Virus record (IMG/VR): IMGVR_UViG_3300045974_000132
Location: 124,001 to 188,000 of that record
Length of the DNA: 64,000 nt
Strand: one strand, 5' to 3'
The notes under the pieces are model-generated. The model made no database searches. It was not told the DNA's origin and saw only the letters and a program-made list of their open reading frames with translations. The translations under genes and the position numbers were made by a program. Below, piece after piece: positions 31,129 through 39,231 of the stretch. Every line of letters starts with the position of its first letter. Within the stretch, counting starts at the first letter, position 1.

Positions 31129-31317
31129 TTACTTAATCATTACATTGCAGGAACAGATTCCTGTATCACCTTTAGGGCCTATTAAACCCTGAGGCCCAGT
31201 AGGACCCGGAGGACCCGGCTGGCTAGGGGGCAGTTTACGAAGTGCTTTCTTCACTGCCTTAGCAACCAATTTCTTGATCTGCTTTTTACTAAAATGAGTG
31301 CATCCGCAGGGAGTCAT
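31129..31317 (-). CDS. small collagen-repeat protein with terminal Cys pairs
   Basis: GPPGPTGPQGLIGPKGDTG; CGC and CSC at the termini. Confidence 0.6.
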   Translation of the reverse strand: MTPCGCTHFSKKQIKKLVAKAVKKALRKLPPSQPGPPGPTGPQGLIGPKGDTGICSCNVMIK

Positions 31318-31319
31318 GC

Positions 31320-31520
31320 TTACACCTTCTCAGTAACGGAAACTACATTTGCACTCTTCCCAGGGACATGCGTAACAGTTGCCTGGGTATAAGACTTACC
31401 TACCGCTTTGAGTGCAGCGTTCTTGATTGTATCTTTGCTTGAGTCTTCCCGAACGGTAATCTTCTTTACGAATACTCCGTCCAGTGTTACATCAAGACTT
31501 GTATGGCCACCGTCATACAT
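31320..31520 (-). CDS. stand-alone LeuRS C-terminal-domain-like protein
   Basis: VTLDGVFVKKITV...IKNAAL...HVPGKSANVV matches the bacterial LeuRS CTD pattern VQVNGKxRxxIxV...YVPGKLxNxV; GGGAG SD. Confidence 0.6.
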   Translation of the reverse strand: MYDGGHTSLDVTLDGVFVKKITVREDSSKDTIKNAALKAVGKSYTQATVTHVPGKSANVVSVTEKV

Positions 31521-31521
31521 G

Positions 31522-32007
31522 TTAGCTGTACTCCCCTGTTGATTGAGCTTCTGAGGTAAGCTGGTCGAGAACTTCTTTCTGATAGACAACCGGATCAAAA
31601 GCAGCAATACGCTCGCCCAAGACTTTGGAGTATTCAGTCATATGGATACGCTGTTTCACCAAACGGGCACGTTCACCGTCTGTGATAAAAGAAGCGTGGA
31701 ACGTAGGATTGTACTCGATAAAGTTATTGATCGCTTCAACCTTCTTATCGAGTTCGGCTTTCTCGTTAACAACCCGTTGTTGGTGCGGTTCAAGCTTTTG
31801 GGCAGATTGTTCCGCAGCACGTTCTTCTTCAAGCCTAGCGAGTTCCATATTGTTTCCTTGAGGGATTGTATAAACAGCATCGCTACCCTTGAAAGAAGCG
31901 GCAGCTTTCTTCAAAGCTTCAGAAGGTTCAGGCGGGCTATCAATAAGGGCCGAAAGATGGGCAGCAGCTTTCTCAGGGAGATTAACCGATTCACTGTCTT
32001 GACTCAT
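31522..32007 (-). CDS. crAss001_48-related domain protein
   Basis: PHQQRVVNEKAELDKK...LVKQRIHMTEYSKVLGERIAAF. Confidence 0.6.
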   Translation of the reverse strand: MSQDSESVNLPEKAAAHLSALIDSPPEPSEALKKAAASFKGSDAVYTIPQGNNMELARLEEERAAEQSAQKLEPHQQRVVNEKAELDKKVEAINNFIEYNPTFHASFITDGERARLVKQRIHMTEYSKVLGERIAAFDPVVYQKEVLDQLTSEAQSTGEYS

Positions 32008-32654
32008 TTTGCTTCCCTTGTGTAAGTAGTTTGTCTTTAGCGTCAAGTTCCTTCATAAGCTTTTCAAGCTGTTGACGCGCTTTAGGATCTTTACTGTGGT
32101 ACAACTCAAAGCATTGACTGCCTGGAGCCAACCAAGAATCTTTGAATTTTACAGCGTTGCGATACATCAGTGAGCTTTCTTAGAAAGGTATTCTTTACAA
32201 ATATGGAGTTTCTTCTTTTTCTTAGACATAAGACGCCAACCCGCTGAAGTATTTACCCAACGCAACTTTTTCTTACCGCAATACTGACATGTTACCTTTT
32301 TTGGTTTGTGAAAGTTTGTAGAGTTTTCACAACCAGGGTAACTTGAATAGAGAGGGCGTTCATCCTGTCCGTCAGCGCTTCTCCCGCACATCAAATCATC
32401 CCAAGCATCTGCTTCATGGTCAAAACAATCACTCACAGAAGTTCTCCTAACCAGACCCCATTGCAAAGCTACCCACTACACGTAGCTCTTTTGTCTCAAC
32501 AAGCTCTGTGCAGGTTGTACGGGATTTATCGTCCCAGATACCCGGATAGTCACTGCTCGGGAATTGAATATCTGCCCAACCGCAGGCACCACTTTCATTA
32601 CCTGCTTCGACTAGCACCATATGAGTACGGTCATACGGCATTTCGTTGAACTCT

Positions 32655-33107
32655 TTATCTGTTATCTGCAACAAGAAGAAAGGCATTTTGATGCTCCGAC
32701 GTTTGGGTAGAGTGGCTCTTAAGCCAAGGTATAAATTGTGCGTCATCTACTAGGATGTGCTTTGTCAGCCAGTCAACAACAAGAGTACGCAACTCTTCTA
32801 GGATGCACGTACTAGCATCAATGAACAAAGGTCGAGAAATCTGCTCGAACAGGTTGTCAAGCTGATACGTCAAGGCACGATGTTGCATTACATGACTAGC
32901 GTATCCTTCCCACCCTTTAATTAGTTCTTCTTCATGTTTAAGATGCGTCCATACGTATTCGTACAACTCTGCGGCAATATCAAAAGAACTTAGCAAAGAA
33001 GTTCCGTTTAAGATAGCTTCCAGCCTATTACTAAGGTAGAACAACTTGATATGTTCTTCGTCAATAACAGGAACACCTAAAAGGTAGCTTTCGACAGAGA
33101 TAGTCAT
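32655..33107 (-). CDS. bacteriohemerythrin
   Basis: IDEEH, HLKHEE, HVMQH, WLTKHILVDD: full di-iron ligand set. Confidence 0.9.
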   Translation of the reverse strand: MTISVESYLLGVPVIDEEHIKLFYLSNRLEAILNGTSLLSSFDIAAELYEYVWTHLKHEEELIKGWEGYASHVMQHRALTYQLDNLFEQISRPLFIDASTCILEELRTLVVDWLTKHILVDDAQFIPWLKSHSTQTSEHQNAFLLVADNR

Positions 33108-33205
33108 TTTATTATGTCCTTAAACACACTTACAGTAGCACACTATCTTAGTTTGAATGTCGGCTCTTATAACAATCTATATAGATAATGTGCTTTCGTA
33201 AGTGT

Positions 33206-33590
33206 GCCGCTCACCTATTTTGGTAATAAGGACTCCGTCATTATCAGGAGAGTGAGCGGCTTAACAAACCAAAGTCTGTTAGTGACCCCATCCGTTTAGG
33301 TGCTGTTAGGCAGCCTTCCGGAAAGACGCATCATTCGCGGCAATTACAAGTTTAGCCCGGTTTAACGAGAGTACAATGCTCGGATCGTTCTTTATCAACT
33401 ACTCATGCCCAATCGAAACCAGGTCAGGCCCATCAGGATCGTTCTATGTATCACCCACCCCGGTGACCTCAGCCTTGCGGTAGGACCTTTCGGCACACAG
33501 AACGATTTTGGTGGACCTGGGGAGAATCGAACTCCCGTCTTGAACACTTTTATTTCAAAAGTCTCATAAGCAAAGTTGTTCCGGTAGCTA
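33206..33590 (-). ncRNA. ssrA: circularly permuted (two-piece) tmRNA
   Basis: T-arm and CAGGTCC-ACCA (33509-33540) lie upstream of the 5' strand GGGCCTG (33431); G3-U70 pair; tag ORF (A)ANDASFRKAA* at 33306-33341; outer boundaries approximate. Confidence 0.9.
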
Positions 33591-33646
33591 ATCGGCTTTA
33601 CTTACATACGATCATATTCCTTAACACGCCAATGATTACGTGTTAG

Positions 33647-34180
33647 TTAAGACCTACGCTTGATTGACATAAAGCCGATCATACCAAGGCCGGCAAACAT
33701 CATAGCGTAGTTCTCAGGTTCGGGCACAGAAGAAATGACGCTTGCTGCGATAGGAGCAACAAGTGACGCATCAATGTGACCGCCCAAAGCTTGGAAGGCA
33801 CCTACTTGATTACCATATAGTGTCAGCACAAACGGTGACTTGGTATTAACAGAGATAACACCAAAGTCAAAGCCCGGACCAGTAAGGATAGGGGCGCCGA
33901 AAGCACCATTCAGATTAGTCTTAGACCAATCAATGTTCAAGCCAGAACCACCGAAAGAGGATACAACATGATACGTACCCAGAACAGCAGTAGTCGGTAG
34001 CGTAAACGTAAATACGTCAGAGCCACCATCAAGAACAGAAGGTCCAAAGTTGGCGAAGTCAGCAACGTAACTCTTGGAAGCTGTGTCAAAAGACAAGCCA
34101 GAAGAACTATCCGATGCCCAAGCGCCTTGCAAACCCATTGACAGAACAAGGGCAACAAGCAGAGTTTTAAACCACTTCAT
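33647..34180 (-). CDS. PEP-CTERM exosortase-target surface protein
   Basis: Signal peptide MKWFKTLLVALVL...AWA; C-terminal VPEPENYAMMFAGLGMIGFMSIKRRS. Confidence 0.9.
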   Translation of the reverse strand: MKWFKTLLVALVLSMGLQGAWASDSSSGLSFDTASKSYVADFANFGPSVLDGGSDVFTFTLPTTAVLGTYHVVSSFGGSGLNIDWSKTNLNGAFGAPILTGPGFDFGVISVNTKSPFVLTLYGNQVGAFQALGGHIDASLVAPIAASVISSVPEPENYAMMFAGLGMIGFMSIKRRS

Positions 34181-34237
34181 TAAGAAATACTCCCTAGGTG
34201 AGTTGAAAAGAAATTTTATTATGTAAGTAAAATTGGG

Positions 34238-34450
34238 GAGAAGTGCTTGCCCTACTACTAAGAGGCTCGAAATGGACGATGAAACCAAAGCGAGATACAG
34301 GCTATTTTGAAAGTCGCCGAGACGACTTGTTAGCAAGCACTTCTCTTACACGGGTGAGAGGTATTGAACGTTTTCCACCGAAAGGAAAACCAACGAGGCA
34401 CAACGTACAGGCTATTTATCGTCGCCGAGACGACTAGTCCAATACCTCTC
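34238..34450 (-). ncRNA. two tandem related structured RNA modules
   Basis: 13 bp and 11 bp perfect closing stems; both contain AGTCGTCTCGGCGAC and AAATAGCCTGTA. Confidence 0.65.
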
Positions 34451-34455
34451 AAAAC

Positions 34456-34530
34456 TGGTTGAGGATGACGGGATCGAACCGACGACCCTCTGCTTGCAAG
34501 CAGAGGCTCTCCCAACTGAGCTAATCCCCA
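34456..34530 (-). tRNA. atypical tRNA-Ala(UGC), possibly pseudo
   Basis: U1-A72, G3-U70, ACCA; palindromic anticodon arm with a 6-nt loop TTGCAA. Confidence 0.75.
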
Positions 34531-34631
34531 AACACTTGCAGTCTACTGCCGGACTTCAGGACTTAGTATAAGTCGTCCTCGGCTCCGCATCTTTTTAACA
34601 CAAGTCCTGCGGTTGCTTGTGAGCAAGTGTT
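34531..34631 (-). ncRNA. putative structured RNA abutting tRNA-Ala
   Basis: Closing stem AACACTTGC/GCAAGTGTT. Confidence 0.45.
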
Positions 34632-35055
34632 TTAAACTTTATTTCGTAGGTAGAGGAGGCAACACAATAGTTATTGCCGCGTAGTGGCCGTGATGTACGG
34701 CGTTATAAGCTTTTTGCAATTCAGGCTCTTTCAGAAGTCTGTCAGTGGCAGAACGCAGCTTCTCAAGCTTTCTGCCTCTAGGCTTCCTACCATAAATTGA
34801 AATGTCGGTAAGATGCGGGTGCAAATCTGTAAACGTAATTGGGCACTTTGCTGGTGAACCTACAAAATCAATATTTACCGAACTAGTTCTACCGTAATCA
34901 CACTTGTTAAATGTTATTACAAGCTCCCGCTGTGCAAGCCCAGGTGATAGGTGGTTGGATACGTCTAAGATACTATCAACAAACTCAGCATGTGCGGTCA
35001 AACTGACGGGACTGCTCTTTTTTGACATTTTAGTTTACCTTTGACTTGAGAAACT

Positions 35056-35097
35056 TGATGGGTTGTGACAAGCTAGTGCCGACTGAGCTAAAACCCG
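35056..35097 (-). pseudogene. internally deleted tRNA remnant
   Basis: CGGGTTTTAGCTCAGTCGG...AGC joined to AACCCATCA; anticodon and T arms missing. Confidence 0.45.
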
Positions 35098-35433
35098 AAA
35101 CTTTATGACGCACCCTTTGCAATCTTCTCAAAGTGACGAGTCAAACTTACAGTGAGCGATTTTTCTATCTGCTGCACAGGCTCAAGTAAAGGATCATTAG
35201 AAGCATAATAAAAAGAACCTCGAAGCCTGTAAGCATGTATAAGGGAAGCGATTAACTTTAGAGCCTCTGCATCACCTTTACAGTACGCACGAATTTCCTT
35301 AATAGCTTTTTTCTCTTTTACTATGTTATCCTTAGACAGTATAGTACCGCGAAAGCGGCAAGCATACATCAAAGTTCGGAGCAGTTCGTACTGCTCCCGC
35401 GTCATCTTATTTCGCTTAGGTATCATAATAGCT

Positions 35434-35748
35434 CTAGCACCACTCTATCTTATTGTTTCGGATGAAGTAATGACTCTTGCAAGGAAACTGCATGTTGCCG
35501 ACAGAAGGGCTAAACGTAACACTGACTGAATCAGTAGCTACCCAAGTATAGTCCCAGCCGAACGTAGTCATTGTGCCGTCTTCTTGCTTGTAGTTTATAG
35601 GCATCACAGTCTTAACACGACACCCACAAGCACACATATGGATTGCACAACTATACTTTTCAGATATGTAGATCACGCCGTCTTTCAGTTCGTCATCAGG
35701 CGGTACAGTATCTACAAACTCAGGTGTTATCGTTGTCAGTCTTGGCAT
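35434..35748 (-). CDS. DUF6527-like protein
   Basis: GVIYISEKY...HMCACGCR...W...TFSPSVGN...CKSHYFIRNNKIEW; start moved to ATG 35748. Confidence 0.75.
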   Translation of the reverse strand: MPRLTTITPEFVDTVPPDDELKDGVIYISEKYSCAIHMCACGCRVKTVMPINYKQEDGTMTTFGWDYTWVATDSVSVTFSPSVGNMQFPCKSHYFIRNNKIEWC

Positions 35749-35755
35749 AGCACAT

Positions 35756-36069
35756 ACCCTTAAATATTTAGAACAACACCCTGACCTCCAGTGTAACTGC
35801 CGGGTGAGAGAAGGGTTTACCGTCTGCTGGTCGGGCACTTGGCGTTGAAGACTAATCAACAACGTTGAGTCCAAGTGTCTCACTCCCGTTAATCGTCGCC
35901 AAGGGCGTTGATCTAAATATTCGTAAGGGTCTTGTACAGGCATTACTCACCATATGTCAGTCAGGCCGTACTCATAGAGTGACGCTGGTCCAACCCATGT
36001 ATGTTGTTTGGTCCCTGCTTCGGAGAATGACTTTTTCGACGGTATGCATTCCGTCCCGAAATACAAGAC
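35756..36069 (-). ncRNA. two adjacent stem-closed structured RNA modules
   Basis: Long imperfect closing stem 35756-35930 and GTCTTGTA/TACAAGAC closing 35929-36069. Confidence 0.55.
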
Positions 36070-36081
36070 TTTAAACTTAAA

Positions 36082-36546
36082 CTACTCCATCAATTCAGCA
36101 GTAGCAATTACTGAACTTACATCAAGGTCGTAATACTCATGAGACTCCTTACCCAGTGGCCCATAACAAGCACTACTTTCAGGATACATCAAGTACAAAC
36201 CGGCTCTACTAGAAGACAAGGTTCGTGTCTTTATAATACCTTCGTCTTCAGGATCCAAAGAATCGTCAGCTTCTAAAACATAATTAAGCTTATGGCCTTC
36301 GGGGAGCCGTTCAAAATACATTTCAGTATCGGCAATGTATTCAGCAATACTTTTATGAAACCAAAACTGCGAAATAGCTCCAGTCACACCTAAGCTGAGA
36401 ATTTCATCCCCTCCTTCAGGTTGTTCAGAGATTTCTCCAGCTTCATCAGTATCAAGCGCAAGCTCATGTAAGTAACTAACAAGATCAAAAGCTTCTGCAA
36501 CAGAAAGAGCAACTTCCGAAAACTTTAAAGGTGTATTTGTGGTCAT
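36082..36546 (-). CDS. acidic hypothetical protein
   Basis: 154 aa ORF with GAGGA SD. Confidence 0.6.
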   Translation of the reverse strand: MTTNTPLKFSEVALSVAEAFDLVSYLHELALDTDEAGEISEQPEGGDEILSLGVTGAISQFWFHKSIAEYIADTEMYFERLPEGHKLNYVLEADDSLDPEDEGIIKTRTLSSSRAGLYLMYPESSACYGPLGKESHEYYDLDVSSVIATAELME

Positions 36547-36562
36547 GTTATATCAGTCCTCG

Positions 36563-37238
36563 AATAGAAATTGTAATAGACGCGATTACCTAGTATTAGT
36601 CTATTTGCACTTCACTTCACTTCATCCTAGTATGGGTAGTGTTACGTTCTCGCTACCAACGCCTGAAGATCACACTCTACAGGTAGTGTTTTATATACAT
36701 CTACTTCTATTGACTTTCAATAAGTGAAGGTTCTACATTCGCTACACCCTAACGCTCTCGTGTCATAGCCTCCGCGCATTCGGGCAGGCCGTCTGGTTGC
36801 AAGAGTAGGTGGTTAAATACAGAACCTTCACGTATTTAAAGTACATGCTACTTATTTACACTTTTGTTTAAGGGTGCCCAGGCTTGATTAGGGCTCAGCA
36901 ACACACTGGCAGTTGCCTCCGGTGAGTCGTGCGTCCACGTTGCTCACACCATTTCCTATCAATGCCTTCGCAGCACAAGCTAGTGTATTTCCCGCAAAGA
37001 TGAATGGTTAGACCAAGCAGAGCTTTTACCCTATAGACCATGTGAAAGCGTGAACGGGGTTAACGGACTTGTGTTTCATGTTTCTGCATCACATCTAGCG
37101 TGTCCATCCACGCCGACCCTTAAACAAAAGAAGTATATATTGCCACACTCACTAACGGCAGCTATGATTTTCTTGCTTACATTGACGCAGCCTAGGCTTT
37201 TGAGGCATCTGCGGGTCATCAGTGAGTGTGGGAATATA
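36563..37238 (-). ncRNA. array of four stem-closed structured RNA modules downstream of tRNA-Thr(AGU)
   Basis: Closing stems at 36563/36711, 36714/36841, 36861/37130 (15 bp perfect) and 37143/37231 (11 bp perfect); no credible ORF. Confidence 0.6.
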
Positions 37239-37242
37239 AACT

Positions 37243-37318
37243 TGGTGCCCTGTGTCTGAATCGAACAGACGACCTCTCGCTTACTAGGCGAGTGCTGCTA
37301 CCTCTGAGCTAACAGGGC
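37243..37318 (-). tRNA. tRNA-Thr(AGU)
   Basis: GCCCTGT/ACAGGGC acceptor, CTCGC-CTAGTAA-GCGAG anticodon arm, ACCA. Confidence 0.92.
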
Positions 37319-38109
37319 TTTTGTTACTTGAAACTTTTTACAGTTTTACTTTCGACCGTAGTATTTTAGCTTACGCTGGGTAAACCGATAGTTGTACCGA
37401 TAAGCAGAAGCTAGATCCTTCAATAAGAAACTAAACCTACGTTGCACTATACGTTGCTGCGTTCGGACTGTACGAAGTTTGCTCCTGATCGAAGTTGTCG
37501 AACGATTGTAGTACAACCTCTTCGACCAAAACTTACGAACATAAGGAGACCAATATTCACCAGCACGAATTACATAGGTGGCCATTATGTTTTCACCCAT
37601 TGGGCTAAGAGAGGGCCGTTCGTTGAGTTGTCCAAATAACGCTGATACTGAAACAGAAGATTATCCAGCCAGCTATTACGACTTCGCAGGTTTATCTTTT
37701 TCATAAGCCTCTGCATGTCATCACTCTCTGGCGCAAGCTCTAAGAGTTTTGCAATTGCGGGTGCATATCGAGTATAGTCCGTACGCAGCGGCATAGGAAA
37801 CTCGGGCATTTCGTATATGCGATCATCTTGCACTGCCGAAAGAAAAACCTTAGCAGTATGGACGAAGCCGTTGTACACGTTTGCAAAGCACGGGAAGGTA
37901 ACTATGTAGCAGTCAGTGTCAAGCATCTTTCCTGTATGCTTTACCCAAACATTAGCATAACGCAAGGCAGATTCTTGATTACGCAAATTGGACTTCAGAT
38001 GAAAGTCTTTGCAGTTGTGAATACCCATGTCCATAGAACGGACTTGGTAGCCACCTGCTCCCGCAACGAAATAAACAAGAATCATTTTAGCCTACCTTGA
38101 TACAAAAGT

Positions 38110-38145
38110 TGGTGCCCCCGGTCGGAATCGAACTGTTAACTGAGC
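38110..38145 (-). pseudogene. 3' remnant of disrupted resident tRNA (Thr-like)
   Basis: AGCTCAGTT...GTTCGATTCCGACCGGGGGCACCA; acceptor strand complementary to GCCCCCG at 38882-38888. Confidence 0.85.
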
Positions 38146-38154
38146 TTGTGTATA

Positions 38155-38239
38155 TGGTGCTGAGGGCGGGACTCGAACCCGCGTGTCCTTTCGGAGCCGG
38201 ATTACAAATCCGGTGCTGTCGCCACTGAGCCACCTCAGC
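38155..38239 (-). tRNA. tRNA-Thr(UGU) with long variable arm
   Basis: GCTGAGG/CCTCAGC, CCGGA-TTTGTAA-TCCGG, variable arm TCC-GAAA-GGA, ACCA. Confidence 0.9.
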
Positions 38240-38242
38240 AAT

Positions 38243-38839
38243 TTAAACTTTCCTACCTCTAAAATAATCGAATGGGTTTATACCATAAGCTATAGCCCAT
38301 TTACGCACTGCGTTATCACTAACGCCGTAATGCTCACCCACCGCTACCCATGATTGCCTACTTAGGCGTTTCATAAGGTTTGCTTTACTTGGTTTTTTCT
38401 GAGTGCTACCCGCAATGAAACATTCTCGGTGAGAACTCTGACATACCGATCCGCAGTAGCTACTGTTGTCCGTAGGCATTTGACAGACTTTACAGCGGGT
38501 ACATTTTGCAAGAACTTTATCAATACAGCCGTTGTGTCGATACGAATAAATGCGGTGCTCAGAAAAGTACCCAATCGAATCAAGCCACCCATGAAGTTTG
38601 GCATGACTAGCACGGCTAAGAACTAGCAGGTTTGAAGGTGCATTATTTACCTTGTTAAGATCAAGATGGTGTACGTGTTCCGTGCGCTTTAGAGGTCGTC
38701 CTAGCGCCCGCTCTGCCACCAAGATATGCTCATAGACATACCCTTCATAAGCACCTGACTTATCGGCCCGGTCGTGAGTCGGCTGCCAAACTAGCAAGTA
38801 GCCCACATTATTTACGATCCGAACACGGTTGCGTATCAC
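38243..38839 (-). CDS. HNH homing endonuclease with C-terminal HTH
   Basis: YVYEHILVAERALGRPL...VHHLDLNKVNN...NLLVL...H; C-terminal SWVAVGEHYGVSDNAVRKW. Confidence 0.9.
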   Translation of the reverse strand: MIRNRVRIVNNVGYLLVWQPTHDRADKSGAYEGYVYEHILVAERALGRPLKRTEHVHHLDLNKVNNAPSNLLVLSRASHAKLHGWLDSIGYFSEHRIYSYRHNGCIDKVLAKCTRCKVCQMPTDNSSYCGSVCQSSHRECFIAGSTQKKPSKANLMKRLSRQSWVAVGEHYGVSDNAVRKWAIAYGINPFDYFRGRKV

Positions 38840-38877
38840 AGCGTTTCCTCTTCAAAATCAACTGCACGAATCTTCAT

Positions 38878-38888
38878 GCTACGGGGGC
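38878..38888 (-). pseudogene. 5' remnant of disrupted resident tRNA (Thr-like)
   Basis: GCCCCCGTAGC, 25 nt downstream of an AACTGTAAA box. Confidence 0.7.
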
Positions 38889-38925
38889 AAATCGTTGACT
38901 ATATGTATTATTTTTACAGTTTGTA

Positions 38926-39231
38926 TCAGCTTGCCTTCGAGGATTTACTATAGTTATTCAAGGAAGTAAGCATATCATGCCACATACCCGAACCACCGCT
39001 TGTCGCCAGCGCCACGACTACAATCAGTACGTACTCGTTAAGCTTCAGGAATGTAAACTCAGGAGGACTAGCATAACAAAGTAATCCGCCTACAATGCCA
39101 GCGATGATCTGATACACAACACCGGGAACTTCGATCTTGGCTAGATGGACGCGCTTTAGAATATCGGTTACGCGCTCGGCTGCTACGCTTGTAACTGCAA
39201 AGTATGTTATAAGCTGAATAAGATGATCCAT
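38926..39231 (-). CDS. holin-like small membrane protein
   Basis: Three hydrophobic helices; AAERVTDILK. Confidence 0.5.
   Translation of the reverse strand: MDHLIQLITYFAVTSVAAERVTDILKRVHLAKIEVPGVVYQIIAGIVGGLLCYASPPEFTFLKLNEYVLIVVVALATSGGSGMWHDMLTSLNNYSKSSKAS

Noticed and set aside
34255-34290. Hammerhead ribozyme (CTAAGAG...CGAAA)
   Set aside because: The core is not CUGANGA, stems II/III are not formed, and it lies on the non-transcribed strand
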